Shown here: positions 56,006 through 64,000 of the stretch, in pieces
How positions within the stretch are numbered: position 1 is the first letter of the stretch
Layout: each line of letters starts with the position of its first letter
Source: a virus
DNA length: 64,000 nt
IMG/VR virus record: IMGVR_UViG_3300005563_000035
Coordinates: 6,368-70,367 of that record
Reading direction: 5' to 3' (one strand)
The notes under the pieces: model-generated
Database searches by the model: none
The model's input: the letters and a program-made list of their open reading frames with translations, nothing else
What the model was told of the DNA's origin: nothing
Position numbers and translations under genes: made by a program

Positions 56006-56455
56006 TCAAGCGGAAACTCTGCGGACGGCCCGAGCGCAGCCCTCGTAGCCGACGCCGTCCCAGCCCTGGTAGCCGTAGTCGAAGCCCTGCATCCAGGCGT
56101 CCGAGCCGTTCTCGTGCGCTTCGCTCGACCAGTAGTAGCGCGCCTGGAAGCCGTCCTTGGCGTTGGCGAACAGCAGCGACTGCTCGCGCCGCGTCGGCAG
56201 CTCGCCGCCGGCCTTGGCCGCCCACGTCTTGGCGGCGGCCCAGTTCGCCTCGGTTTCGCCGGGCAGGAGCACCAGGTGGTGCGCCGGCGTTCCGTCGTCG
56301 TTCAGGATCAGGCCGGCGTAGGTCTCGCCTTCGGCCAGCGAGATCGATGCCGCGGCCACGGTGATGACGCGTGGCCGCGCGCGTTCGAAGGCGGCGATCT
56401 TCTCGGCCAGGCGCACCTGGTCGGACTTGAGATCCTCGAGGGTGATCGTGGTCAT
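56006..56455 (-). CDS. DGR target protein 1 (DUF1566/CLec-fold)
   Basis: W..A..WA...GG.LPTR.E..LLFAN....F....YWSS......AW.Q.F..G.Q........ARAVRR; C-terminal VR. Confidence 0.9.
   Translation of the reverse strand: MTTITLEDLKSDQVRLAEKIAAFERARPRVITVAAASISLAEGETYAGLILNDDGTPAHHLVLLPGETEANWAAAKTWAAKAGGELPTRREQSLLFANAKDGFQARYYWSSEAHENGSDAWMQGFDYGYQGWDGVGYEGCARAVRRVSA
56018..56107 (-). repeat. DGR variable repeat VR1
   Basis: 16 mismatches vs TR in 90 bp, all at TR adenines (minus strand). Confidence 0.95.
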
Positions 56456-56479
56456 GATGCGTTGGCTCCTTCGAAAGGA

Positions 56480-56884
56480 TCAAAGGACCAAAGGAATCAT
56501 GCGGACGGCCCGAGCGCAGTTCTTGAAGTTGACGTAGTCCCAGTACTGGTCGCCGTAGTGGAAGAACTGCATCCAGGCGCCCGAGCCGATGTAGGCCTCG
56601 GACGTCCAGTGCCAGTCCTTCTCGAACTGGTCCTTCGCGTTGGCGAAGAGCATGGCCGCGGCCGGGCGCGCCGGCAGCTCGCCGTCGACGCTCTCGGCCC
56701 ACTTCTTCGCGTCGGCCCAGTTCAGATCCTTGCCGGGCTTGTCGGCCAGCAGCACGACAGCGACATGCACGCCGCTGGGCAGCGTCAGGATGCCTTGGAA
56801 CGTGCCGCCCTCGAGCGGCGAACCCAGCGCCAGTGCGGCAACGGCCGCGAGCGCGAGGGGCTTGATTTCGGTCTTGGTGGTCAT
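56480..56884 (-). CDS. DGR target protein 2 (DUF1566/CLec-fold)
   Basis: Paralog of target 1: W..AKKWA....G.LP.R....LFAN....F....HWTS.....AWMQ.F..G.Q........ARAVR. Confidence 0.9.
   Translation of the reverse strand: MTTKTEIKPLALAAVAALALGSPLEGGTFQGILTLPSGVHVAVVLLADKPGKDLNWADAKKWAESVDGELPARPAAAMLFANAKDQFEKDWHWTSEAYIGSGAWMQFFHYGDQYWDYVNFKNCARAVRMIPLVL
56500..56587 (-). repeat. DGR variable repeat VR2
   Basis: 12 mismatches vs TR in 88 bp; 11 at TR adenines, one at a G. Confidence 0.93.
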
Positions 56885-57016
56885 GGGTGCCTTTCTGGTG
56901 GTGGGATAAGGAAAGAGGCGGCAGCCCTTGGGGTGGCCAGGAAACGCTGCGGTGCTTGGAAGGGGGAGGACTTAAGCCGCGCAGCGACCGCCGGCCAGGG
57001 CTGCCGCCGGAAAGGG

Positions 57017-58390
57017 TTAGGACTCACAGGCGCAGACGATCTCGCCGATGCGCTCCACGATGGCGTCAGCGATGGCGAGGAACTGAGCTTCTGAATACAG
57101 CTTGGCGGCCTTCTTGGTGGCGATCGGTTGGAAGCCGAGAGCCGCCAGGCCTTCGGCGTTGATGCTGAAGACGCCGAACCGTGCGTTGAGCGCGCCGAGC
57201 GTCAGCGTGGGCTCGTTGGACGCGGCCGGACGTTCGGCGAACTGGATCGGCGACTCGGTCGGGAGCAACACGCCGGTCGAGACGGTCATGCGGCCGGAGA
57301 AGTGCCACGCTTGGTTGGCGACCTCATCCATGTCGAGCGGGACGGCAGCGGGGCGGTCGACGGGCAGAACGGCGTCGGCGATCGACGGCATGGCGGCGAG
57401 GGCGTCGTCGCTGAGTTGGTCCGGCATGGCGTCCTGGCTCAGGTCGTCGGCGGCTTCCTCGGCCTTCTCCGCGATCAGCGCGGCACTGGCTTCGGCGGCG
57501 TGGGCGTTCGCCTCGTCCTCGGCTTGTTGTTGCGCGAGATTGACGTACCTCTGGGCGACACGCGCGGCGTGGGCGGACTCCTCGTCGGCCTTGGCCTGCT
57601 CCGCCGCCGCGATGGCCGCGAGCTTGGCGTCGAGCTCGGCTTGCTTGGCCGCCATCTCCGCTTCGCGCGCAGCCAGCTCGGCGGCCTTGCGCTCGTTCTC
57701 GATGCGCTGCGCCTCATGGGCGGCAGCCTCGTCCTCGGCGCGCTTGGTGGCGTCGAACAGGACTTGCAGCGCTTCGAGCGTCTCCGCCTTCTGGATCTCG
57801 GCGCCGACGGCGAACTCTTCCCACTGCTCGGGGATGATGTCAATGCCGGCCACGCCGTTGATGACGGTCAGGATCTGCTCGGAGGTGCGGCCCTGCGCCT
57901 GGATGGCGTAGCCGGCGAGGCGTGTGATGTTGGCCCGATGGGCAGCGACACGCTCGGCTTCCTTGCGCTCACGCTCGGCCTTTTCGGCGGCGAGTTCGGC
58001 CTCGCGGGCCTTGATGGCATCGTCGTACAGGCTCTCCGTCGGCTGGACGATGGCGATGAGTCGCTCGGCCTCGCTGGCGATGACGGTCTTCAGGCCGTTG
58101 ACCTCGTCCTTGATCGCCTTCTCGGCGCGCTGGACGACGAACCGGCCGTTCTCGCGCAGGTCGTGGCGGGCTTCCTTCGCCGCCGCCAGGCCCTTGGGCG
58201 TGGAGCAGTCGATCGCGACGTTCTCGTAGCGGGTCACGAGCGCCTGCAGGACGGGCTCGGTGGCCTTGAACTGGGCCAGGACGGCGGCCTTGATGCTGGT
58301 GACGACGGCGGCGGGCGCGGCCGGGGTGGCGACAGTGACGGCGACTTCGGCGGGCGCAGCGGCCTCGGATTCGTACAGTTGGTCGAACAT
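57017..58390 (-). CDS. Coiled-coil protein of the recombination module (DUF1351-like)
   Basis: Long Ala/Glu/Lys coiled coil; C-terminal LTLG.LN.R.G......L..LGF.......A.LY. Confidence 0.7.
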   Translation of the reverse strand: MFDQLYESEAAAPAEVAVTVATPAAPAAVVTSIKAAVLAQFKATEPVLQALVTRYENVAIDCSTPKGLAAAKEARHDLRENGRFVVQRAEKAIKDEVNGLKTVIASEAERLIAIVQPTESLYDDAIKAREAELAAEKAERERKEAERVAAHRANITRLAGYAIQAQGRTSEQILTVINGVAGIDIIPEQWEEFAVGAEIQKAETLEALQVLFDATKRAEDEAAAHEAQRIENERKAAELAAREAEMAAKQAELDAKLAAIAAAEQAKADEESAHAARVAQRYVNLAQQQAEDEANAHAAEASAALIAEKAEEAADDLSQDAMPDQLSDDALAAMPSIADAVLPVDRPAAVPLDMDEVANQAWHFSGRMTVSTGVLLPTESPIQFAERPAASNEPTLTLGALNARFGVFSINAEGLAALGFQPIATKKAAKLYSEAQFLAIADAIVERIGEIVCACES

Positions 58391-58400
58391 GGTGTTCCCT

Positions 58401-59273
58401 TCAGAAGAAGTCCGGGAGTGCGACCGGCGCAGCAGCGCGCGGAGCAGCGGGGCGAGGTGCTGGCGTGGCGGCCGGGGCGACGGGCTGACTCGGCTGGCCG
58501 GGCAGGTCTTCCCAGGGAAGCGTTGCCGGCTGCTTGCCGTTGTGCTCGCGGTCGAACTCGTTGACGACCTCGCGGTAGTACCGGCGGGCAGCAGCAACCT
58601 TGTCGGCGATCAGCGACTCGAGCGCGCGGTCGCGCTCCACCAGCCACGTCGTCCAGCGATGGGCCTCGGGGATGTGGTCCACGAAGTGGAGATGCGGGGG
58701 TTCGAAGCCGACCAGTTCCTCGGGAGTGCTGACGAGAACGTAGTCCACACTCCAGGTCTCGGCGTCCCACAGCATCATGTAGCCGCGCATCTGCCATTCG
58801 TAGCCCGAGTCGTAGCAGTCGGCCAGGACGATCGGCATCGACTCCATGGAGTAGGGGGCCTTGATGTCACGGCCATGCCGGATCGGCGCATCGAAGATGT
58901 CGCACTCGCCGGAGATCGTGCCGTTGTTGCGGCGCTCGGTGTTCTTGACTAGCGGGCGACCGGTCAGGCGCGCCAGCATGGCGATGCAGTCGGATTCGAC
59001 TGCGCGGCCCTTGAGGATCGGGCGCGTCTCGATCTCGCCCGGCTCGTAGCCGTAGATCGCTTCACGCACCAGCTTGCGGACGTGGGTCTTGCCACCAGCC
59101 GACAGGCTCTTGCGGCGGACGTCCTCCAGGACGGACTTCTCTTCCTCGCTGCGCTTGGTCTTGGCGATGATCGCCTGCACCTCGGGCGTGACGTGCAGCG
59201 GATCCAGGTCGGCGTTCTCGGGCTTGGCCATCAGGTAGCCGATGGACGAGCATCGAATGATGAGTTCGCTCAT
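58401..59273 (-). CDS. YqaJ/lambda-exonuclease-like nuclease
   Basis: RCSS, KG...E, GECD......DIK, YEWQMRGYM.L. Confidence 0.85.
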   Translation of the reverse strand: MSELIIRCSSIGYLMAKPENADLDPLHVTPEVQAIIAKTKRSEEEKSVLEDVRRKSLSAGGKTHVRKLVREAIYGYEPGEIETRPILKGRAVESDCIAMLARLTGRPLVKNTERRNNGTISGECDIFDAPIRHGRDIKAPYSMESMPIVLADCYDSGYEWQMRGYMMLWDAETWSVDYVLVSTPEELVGFEPPHLHFVDHIPEAHRWTTWLVERDRALESLIADKVAAARRYYREVVNEFDREHNGKQPATLPWEDLPGQPSQPVAPAATPAPRPAAPRAAAPVALPDFF

Positions 59274-60139
59274 TGCGCACCCCCATCCGCCTGCCGCGCT
59301 GCCTTACGCATTCCGCCGAAGTCGCCGCTCAACCCCTTCTGTTCACGGGCCGAGAGCTTCGCCCACCAGGCCGTCAGGGCGACCATGCCGTTCATCGAGG
59401 CGTCGCGGCCGGCATCCCGCAGAGCGTCGAGCGGATCGGGCGCGCCATCGGACGCAGCCGCGTCTCCGCTCTTGGCCCGCGGCTTCGCGCGGTTCTCGTC
59501 ATCCTCGCCGCCCGTCGCGGTGCCGGTGATGGCGAGCAGGGACTGGCGCTTGAGGTAGCTCGCGGCAGACTGCGCGTTCTGGATCGGCGAGTTGACGCTC
59601 TGGTCATCGGCCGGGCCATCGAGATCGAGCGAGTCGGAATGCCCGGCGCGGTGCGACAGGATGCACGACACCCAGACCCAGGCGATCTGCTTCTCGACAC
59701 CGTCGATGGTGAACGTCTTGCTGCCGAAGGTCTGCTTGTGCCGGAAGCCGAAACCGTGCTTGGACAGGGCGGGCGACAGCATGCGGCAGACGCTGTCGAA
59801 CTCGGCCTGCTTGAACGATCCGCCACGACCGCGGTCCACTTCCTTGGACTTCGGAATGATGACGTTCTCGCCGCGGAAGGCGGCGAAGTCGGCCTCGAAG
59901 GCGAGGCGCGCGTCGCGTTGGCGGTCGGCCTCCTGTAGCTCGCGGTACTGGATGTCCATCGCCATCAGACGCTCCAGGCGGGCGATGTCGTTGTCGCCGC
60001 TCTGGGTGGCGATGCGCAGCAGATCGGCGGGCGTCACGTCGCGCGCGGCCGGCATGTTCTCGGGGCGGATCGCCACCGGTTGCGCAGCTCGGGGCTCGAG
60101 CGCCAGTTCGGTGATGTCCGCGACTTGGGCGGTTTGCAT
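59270..60139 (-). CDS. ERF-family single-strand annealing protein
   Basis: P.L.KHG...H..GHS...Q...SA.SYLKR.SL.AI.G.A....DD. Confidence 0.85.
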   Translation of the reverse strand: MQTAQVADITELALEPRAAQPVAIRPENMPAARDVTPADLLRIATQSGDNDIARLERLMAMDIQYRELQEADRQRDARLAFEADFAAFRGENVIIPKSKEVDRGRGGSFKQAEFDSVCRMLSPALSKHGFGFRHKQTFGSKTFTIDGVEKQIAWVWVSCILSHRAGHSDSLDLDGPADDQSVNSPIQNAQSAASYLKRQSLLAITGTATGGEDDENRAKPRAKSGDAAASDGAPDPLDALRDAGRDASMNGMVALTAWWAKLSAREQKGLSGDFGGMRKAARQADGGAQ

Positions 60140-60164
60140 GTTGGTATCCCCTTGGAGTTGAAGA

Positions 60165-60365
60165 TCAGCGCCCGAAGAACCCGCCGACGAGGTCGGACAG
60201 GAACCCGCAGGCGAAGCGGATGGCATCGGTGAGGCGCCGGCCGACGGTGCGGTTGGCGTCGGGCATCGGGTGCACCGGGTCGTTCGAAGCGCACCCGAAG
60301 GCATCAGCCATCGAACGCGGCGCACGGCCGGTAACAGCGGACGAGGACAGGCGGTAGTACTTCAT
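60165..60365 (-). CDS. Small hypothetical protein
   Basis: AAGGA RBS; MKYYR...PRSM.DAFG. Confidence 0.45.
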   Translation of the reverse strand: MKYYRLSSSAVTGRAPRSMADAFGCASNDPVHPMPDANRTVGRRLTDAIRFACGFLSDLVGGFFGR

Positions 60366-60645
60366 TCGCTTTCCTTTCGGTGCGGGAAACGGTTGCTCCG
60401 GCGTGAGGGGGACTTCAATGGCGAGTTCGGACTCGCGGACTGGACAGGCGCGCCCCTGCCGGCACCCGCCTCGAGCAACGAGATGGCAGACGCAGGTCGG
60501 CTCGACGTTCACGCTTCGCTCCGGGTCGCCACGAGGGCGAGGAACGAAGCGGCGGACGCGGCCAGCGTGAGCACCCAGGCGACGAGCGCCGGGATGCTGT
60601 GGCTGCTGGCGGCCTCGTGGTAGGCGGCGCGTTGGGCGGGCGTGA

Positions 60646-60861
60646 TCACTTGGCACGCTCCGCAACCATCGCGTCCGCGTACTCGTAGGCCCAAGTCGCA
60701 AGCGCCTGGGCGTCGATGACGTTGGAACCGGTACGCGCCATGTAGCCATTCGTCCACCATGCCGGCATCGCCGGGGCATGCATGGCGATCTGGTCGCGCA
60801 GCGAGGGCAGATCCCTGCCGCCTGCGTCTTCCGCTGCGGCAGCCTTCGTTTGCTTGGTCAT
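60646..60861 (-). CDS. Conserved small phage early protein
   Basis: SLRD.IA..A...AY.YADAM.AER motif. Confidence 0.7.
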   Translation of the reverse strand: MTKQTKAAAAEDAGGRDLPSLRDQIAMHAPAMPAWWTNGYMARTGSNVIDAQALATWAYEYADAMVAERAK

Positions 60862-60954
60862 GGCAGATCAGCTCCTGCGAGGTAGGAAACGGCGAGCACG
60901 GCGACGCTGAGGACGAAGGCCAGCAGCAGCGCGCGCCAGGGCGTGGGGGTGCGG

Positions 60955-61215
60955 TCAGCCATGGCGACGGATCTCCTGATCCGCCTTGTGGCCCTCGACG
61001 AACTGGCGCAGCCGGGAGATGCTCCAGCCAGACGGAGGATCGTTCGGATCGTCATGCGGCTCGGAGTACTGCTTCAGCCACCGCGCGACCTGCACGATGT
61101 CCTCATGCGAGGCGAACCATCGGTCGATGCTGTGCAGGTTGGTGCGGTAGCGATGCAGCGTGGCGAGCTCTTCGCCGGCTACGAGCCACTTGATCCGTTC
61201 GATGAGCCAGTTCAT
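60955..61215 (-). CDS. Hypothetical protein
   Basis: ATGA-coupled, start MNWLIERIK. Confidence 0.5.
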   Translation of the reverse strand: MNWLIERIKWLVAGEELATLHRYRTNLHSIDRWFASHEDIVQVARWLKQYSEPHDDPNDPPSGWSISRLRQFVEGHKADQEIRRHG

Positions 61216-61463
61216 TGCGGCTCCGTCACGAAGGAATCGGCAGCCTCGACCAGCAGCACCGCAAGCGCACGCAATTGCGACTCGGTCATGCTGATGTGCG
61301 TTGTGCTGCAACCGGTATAGATCGCGAGTCGGCCGTATTGCGCCCGCTCAGGATGCTCCGCGTCTTCCTCCTCGGTCTGGCGACCGAAGGCCGTGAAGTC
61401 GACGACGCCCTGATGCGAGTGGCGCTGCGGGACTTCGATGCTCTTTTGGAAGCGGTCAGCCAT
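61212..61463 (-). CDS. Hypothetical protein
   Basis: Packed ORF in the leftward operon. Confidence 0.5.
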   Translation of the reverse strand: MADRFQKSIEVPQRHSHQGVVDFTAFGRQTEEEDAEHPERAQYGRLAIYTGCSTTHISMTESQLRALAVLLVEAADSFVTEPQ

Positions 61464-61710
61464 GGCAAGCCGCCGCCAGTGTCGGGATGGCCGCGCGGAT
61501 CTCCGCTTCGCGCCGGGCTTCGAACTGGCTCACCGCGTAGCGAGCCCTCGCCGTGTGGTACCTCACACAGGCGGCCGAGCGCAGGAGCTTGGTGACGTCC
61601 TCGCCGGAGATGTTCTCCCCGAGCATGTCGCGTTCGCAGAGATCCTGGATGGCCAGATGGAGGCGGGCGGCCTCGCTGTCTGCATCGGTGGCGTGTCGTT
61701 GCGCACTCAT
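61456..61710 (-). CDS. First gene of the leftward early operon, hypothetical
   Basis: AAGGGG RBS; directly below the pL-like promoter. Confidence 0.55.
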   Translation of the reverse strand: MSAQRHATDADSEAARLHLAIQDLCERDMLGENISGEDVTKLLRSAACVRYHTARARYAVSQFEARREAEIRAAIPTLAAACHG

Positions 61711-61763
61711 CGCATTCCCCTTCCCGGCTCCGGCGGTGTGCCGTGTTCTTGAGCCGATGCGTT

Positions 61764-61805
61764 AGCGTACCGTAATCGGTAAGTACGTGTCAACCGGATT
61801 CGGTA
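61764..61805 (-). promoter_or_regulatory. pL-like promoter with two operators
   Basis: Minus strand TTGACA-18-TACGCT; operators TACCG-TAAT-CGGTA (61768-61781) and AACCG-GATT-CGGTA (61792-61805). Confidence 0.75.
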
Positions 61806-61872
61806 AGAAAAATGCGCGGTCGAAAAAATAGCCCGTCTGGCGGGCTCAATCAGAGGTTAGCGACGACTATTG

Positions 61873-62409
61873 CTAGGGCTCTAGTTGCCCCACCAGCATG
61901 TCCTGGACGGCGGCCCACAGTGGCGTCATCGGGCGAAGTTTGAGTGGCTCGTCCATCTGGGCGTTGGTGATTCTGACCGTCTCGCACGGGGCGCTGCAGG
62001 TCACGACGTCCATGTACCGGCCATTGAACTGGCGGAGATGGAAGACCCCGGCTTGCTGTCCTTCATAGGTGTAAGTGATGGCCGGTGGCGCCTGGCCGTG
62101 TTCGCGGCTGAACTCGGATTGCTCGAGCTCATAGCCGTAGACGTTGCCTCGGTGCCAGGTGTAGTAGTGGGTCGGCTTGGATGGGGCGACTGCGCTGGCC
62201 GGAGCCGCGACGACAGCGGCAGCGGGCGACGGTGTCCACAGCGAGTAGATTCCGATCGCAACGACGGCCACGCCAATCAAGGCGACTGCGGCGACGGCAC
62301 TACGCGGGACGACTGTCTGGAGCGGCGATAGCGGCGCGCCGCAGTGCGGGCATGCCCTCGCCTCCGCGCCGATCTCACGCCGGCACTCTGAACATTTGAT
62401 CAGTGCCAT
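61873..62409 (-). CDS. Zn-ribbon + TM protein (immunity-region accessory gene)
   Basis: MALIKCSEC...I...A.ACPHCGAP, then a TM helix and an extracytoplasmic domain. Confidence 0.75.
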   Translation of the reverse strand: MALIKCSECRREIGAEARACPHCGAPLSPLQTVVPRSAVAAVALIGVAVVAIGIYSLWTPSPAAAVVAAPASAVAPSKPTHYYTWHRGNVYGYELEQSEFSREHGQAPPAITYTYEGQQAGVFHLRQFNGRYMDVVTCSAPCETVRITNAQMDEPLKLRPMTPLWAAVQDMLVGQLEP

Positions 62410-62594
62410 AGAGCGTTAAAAACCGGTAAGGAATCCTCAACAGATGCGTTCATCGAGCCCTCGGTAGCTCAATTGCTGAGCTGGTGTGGAACCATCATAG
62501 GGATAACGTTGTCTGGTGTCTGGCATGCCGACCGCGTTAAATCCAATGGCACAAATGCACATTCAGGGTTGACTGCAAAACGAGAGAGGGTGGA

Positions 62595-62993
62595 ATGAAG
62601 TACACGCTGGTCAGAGAGGGCGGCCTCTTGCTTGTGACCGCCATAGGTGAGGTTGACCTGGAGGCGGCCTTGCGACTGCAAGCTCACGCCTTGAAAGAGT
62701 GGAAGGCGAAGCCGGCCCGCGCCGTGCTCTACGACCTCCGGTTCACCACAGTTCGAATCACCCCCGAGGATAGCGAGTTGCTGTACACCGCCGCTGTGCG
62801 CTGGGGCTTCACCCGCTGCACCACGAACGCCATCGTGACGCCCGAGCGGTCGTTCCAGCCGTTCCTTGCCCAGGCAGCCCGCTACGCGGCTCATGGTGTC
62901 TGCTATGCCATCTTCACCGACTACGACCGCGCTTTGCAGTGGTCGCTGGACCATCCGCTGCCGGTTGCGCCGCGGCGGGAAGCCCGGCTGTAA
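62595..62993 (+). CDS. Hypothetical protein, STAS/SEC14-like
   Basis: G.VD...VL.DLR...AIV...IF.DY..A..W pattern. Confidence 0.55.
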   Translation: MKYTLVREGGLLLVTAIGEVDLEAALRLQAHALKEWKAKPARAVLYDLRFTTVRITPEDSELLYTAAVRWGFTRCTTNAIVTPERSFQPFLAQAARYAAHGVCYAIFTDYDRALQWSLDHPLPVAPRREARL

Positions 62994-63387
62994 TCTGAAC
63001 GGTCATTCCGTGCGCCACCAGGCCGCGCACGGAGTCCCACAGGGAGAACAGTTGCTCCCGCTGGTCGGGGGGTGCTTCGTCCAACCAGCGGGCGACCTGG
63101 TTCGCCATGCCGGACTGAGTCGTCTCGGCCGCTAGTTGCGGTAACCGTTCCGGATGGAAGTCCGGCACCAGCAGTTGCCATGGATCGACACGCAAGCCGC
63201 CTGCGATTGTCTCGAGCGCCGCCAGCGAAATGTCGCTCTCGTCGTCCAACACGCGTTGGGCGGTCCCGTTGGTCAGCCCCAGCTTGATCAGCCGGCTGGT
63301 TCCCTTCTCGTTTGGTCGCAGGGGACTGCGATAAGCCGAGAGGGCGACCGCGTTCTCCCCTAGCACTTTCTTGATTTTCGGTGCCAT
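62914..63387 (-). CDS. CI-like repressor (XRE HTH, no obvious S24 peptidase)
   Basis: L.EN..AL...T.QR.......SL..LE.IA..L.V.PWQLL; divergent from cro across the operators. Confidence 0.7.
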   Translation of the reverse strand: MAPKIKKVLGENAVALSAYRSPLRPNEKGTSRLIKLGLTNGTAQRVLDDESDISLAALETIAGGLRVDPWQLLVPDFHPERLPQLAAETTQSGMANQVARWLDEAPPDQREQLFSLWDSVRGLVAHGMTVQITAGLPAAAQPAADGPATTAKRGRSR

Positions 63388-63453
63388 CCGCGCACGGTAA
63401 GCAAAATTGCCTACCGAATGTGGTTGACTCGAAGTTACCGAATGCGGTATCTT
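63386..63453 (+). promoter_or_regulatory. oR/pR switch region with three operators
   Basis: ATCCG-CGCA-CGGTA (63386), TACCG-AATG-TGGTT (63412), TACCG-AATG-CGGTA (63436); TTGACT-18-TATCTT. Confidence 0.75.
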
Positions 63454-63460
63454 ACGGGCT

Positions 63461-63778
63461 ATGCGCATCGAAATCCCCTCCGCCAAGCAGGTAGCCGAGG
63501 CCCTTCAAGGGCTCTCGATGCTGCAGATCGAACACGTCGCAGCCCTGACGGGGCTCGGGGCGACAACGATCTACAAGATCAAAAGAGGAATCACGGAAGA
63601 CCCGGGCATTGACACCGCCCGGATCATCGTGGCCCGCGTGCCGGAGGCGCTCACCGCCCCGCGAGAGGTCGCCCTCGCTGACATTGAGGCCGCCCGTCTG
63701 GCGAAGACCGAGGCAGCCGAGAGAGCGCTGCGCGCTGGGAAGCGCGGCCGTAAGGCGAAGCGCACTTCCGCCACTTAG
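63461..63778 (+). CDS. Cro-like HTH regulator
   Basis: VA..TGLG..TIYKIKRG.T.DPG..T. Confidence 0.75.
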   Translation: MRIEIPSAKQVAEALQGLSMLQIEHVAALTGLGATTIYKIKRGITEDPGIDTARIIVARVPEALTAPREVALADIEAARLAKTEAAERALRAGKRGRKAKRTSAT

Positions 63779-63844
63779 TTCCCACGCCGAGGCGCGGGCG
63801 TCCTTCTGCGCTGTGTTCATTTCAACCACCCCAAGAGGAAGATC

Positions 63845-64000
63845 ATGAAACGCAAGTCCACCCCGACGTCCGAGGCACAGCTGCGCGCCTTCATCGCCTC
63901 CGGCATGAGTCGCAAGGACATCGCCGATCGGCTCAATCTCGACCAGGGCCGTCTGTCCACGACGCTCTGCGTGCTCGGGATCACGACCCCCCCCCCCCCC
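63845..64000 (+). CDS. HTH-like protein, 3' truncated
   Basis: GAGG RBS; MKRK...GMSRKDIADRLNL; runs into the terminal poly-C. Confidence 0.5.
   Translation, partial: MKRKSTPTSEAQLRAFIASGMSRKDIADRLNLDQGRLSTTLCVLGITTPPPP

Larger units (their letters stand above)
54254..56884 (-). mobile_element. Diversity-generating retroelement: target2-target1-avd-TR-RT
   Basis: All canonical components present, with A-specific TR/VR divergence. Confidence 0.95.

Noticed and set aside
63987-64000. Terminal poly-C run as a phase-variation tract
   Set aside because: It lies at the window edge, so its length and context cannot be seen; it may be a sequencing or assembly artefact

Overview
The window is most of the genome of a high-GC temperate myovirus, probably infecting a betaproteobacterium (inferred from gene families and a PEP-CTERM gene). 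It appears to be in the non-integrated or circular arrangement, with the integrase and a candidate attP in the middle and phage genes running off both ends. Gene order: end of DnaB helicase and nin-like region, Q-like antiterminator and late promoter, an unusual ~11 kb block of fibre, glycanase and beta-helix genes plus a PEP-CTERM moron, terminase, portal, head, contractile tail, baseplate, tailspike, lysis cassette, a phosphoesterase/dNTP-diphosphohydrolase cassette, hicAB, attP, tRNA-Arg(UCU), int/xis, the leftward early operon, and the immunity region. The standout is a complete diversity-generating retroelement (avd, TR, RT) in the early operon. It diversifies two tandem small non-structural DUF1566/CLec-like proteins rather than a tail fibre, and I confirmed adenine-specific TR/VR mismatches by manual alignment. 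Other notable items: a C5-methyltransferase with motif IX in a nested alternative frame, an attP core that duplicates the anticodon arm of the phage's own tRNA, a GH5 enzyme carrying insertion modules shared with the baseplate J protein, and three stand-alone tail-fibre anchor paralogs. All family assignments come from motif recognition, not database searches.
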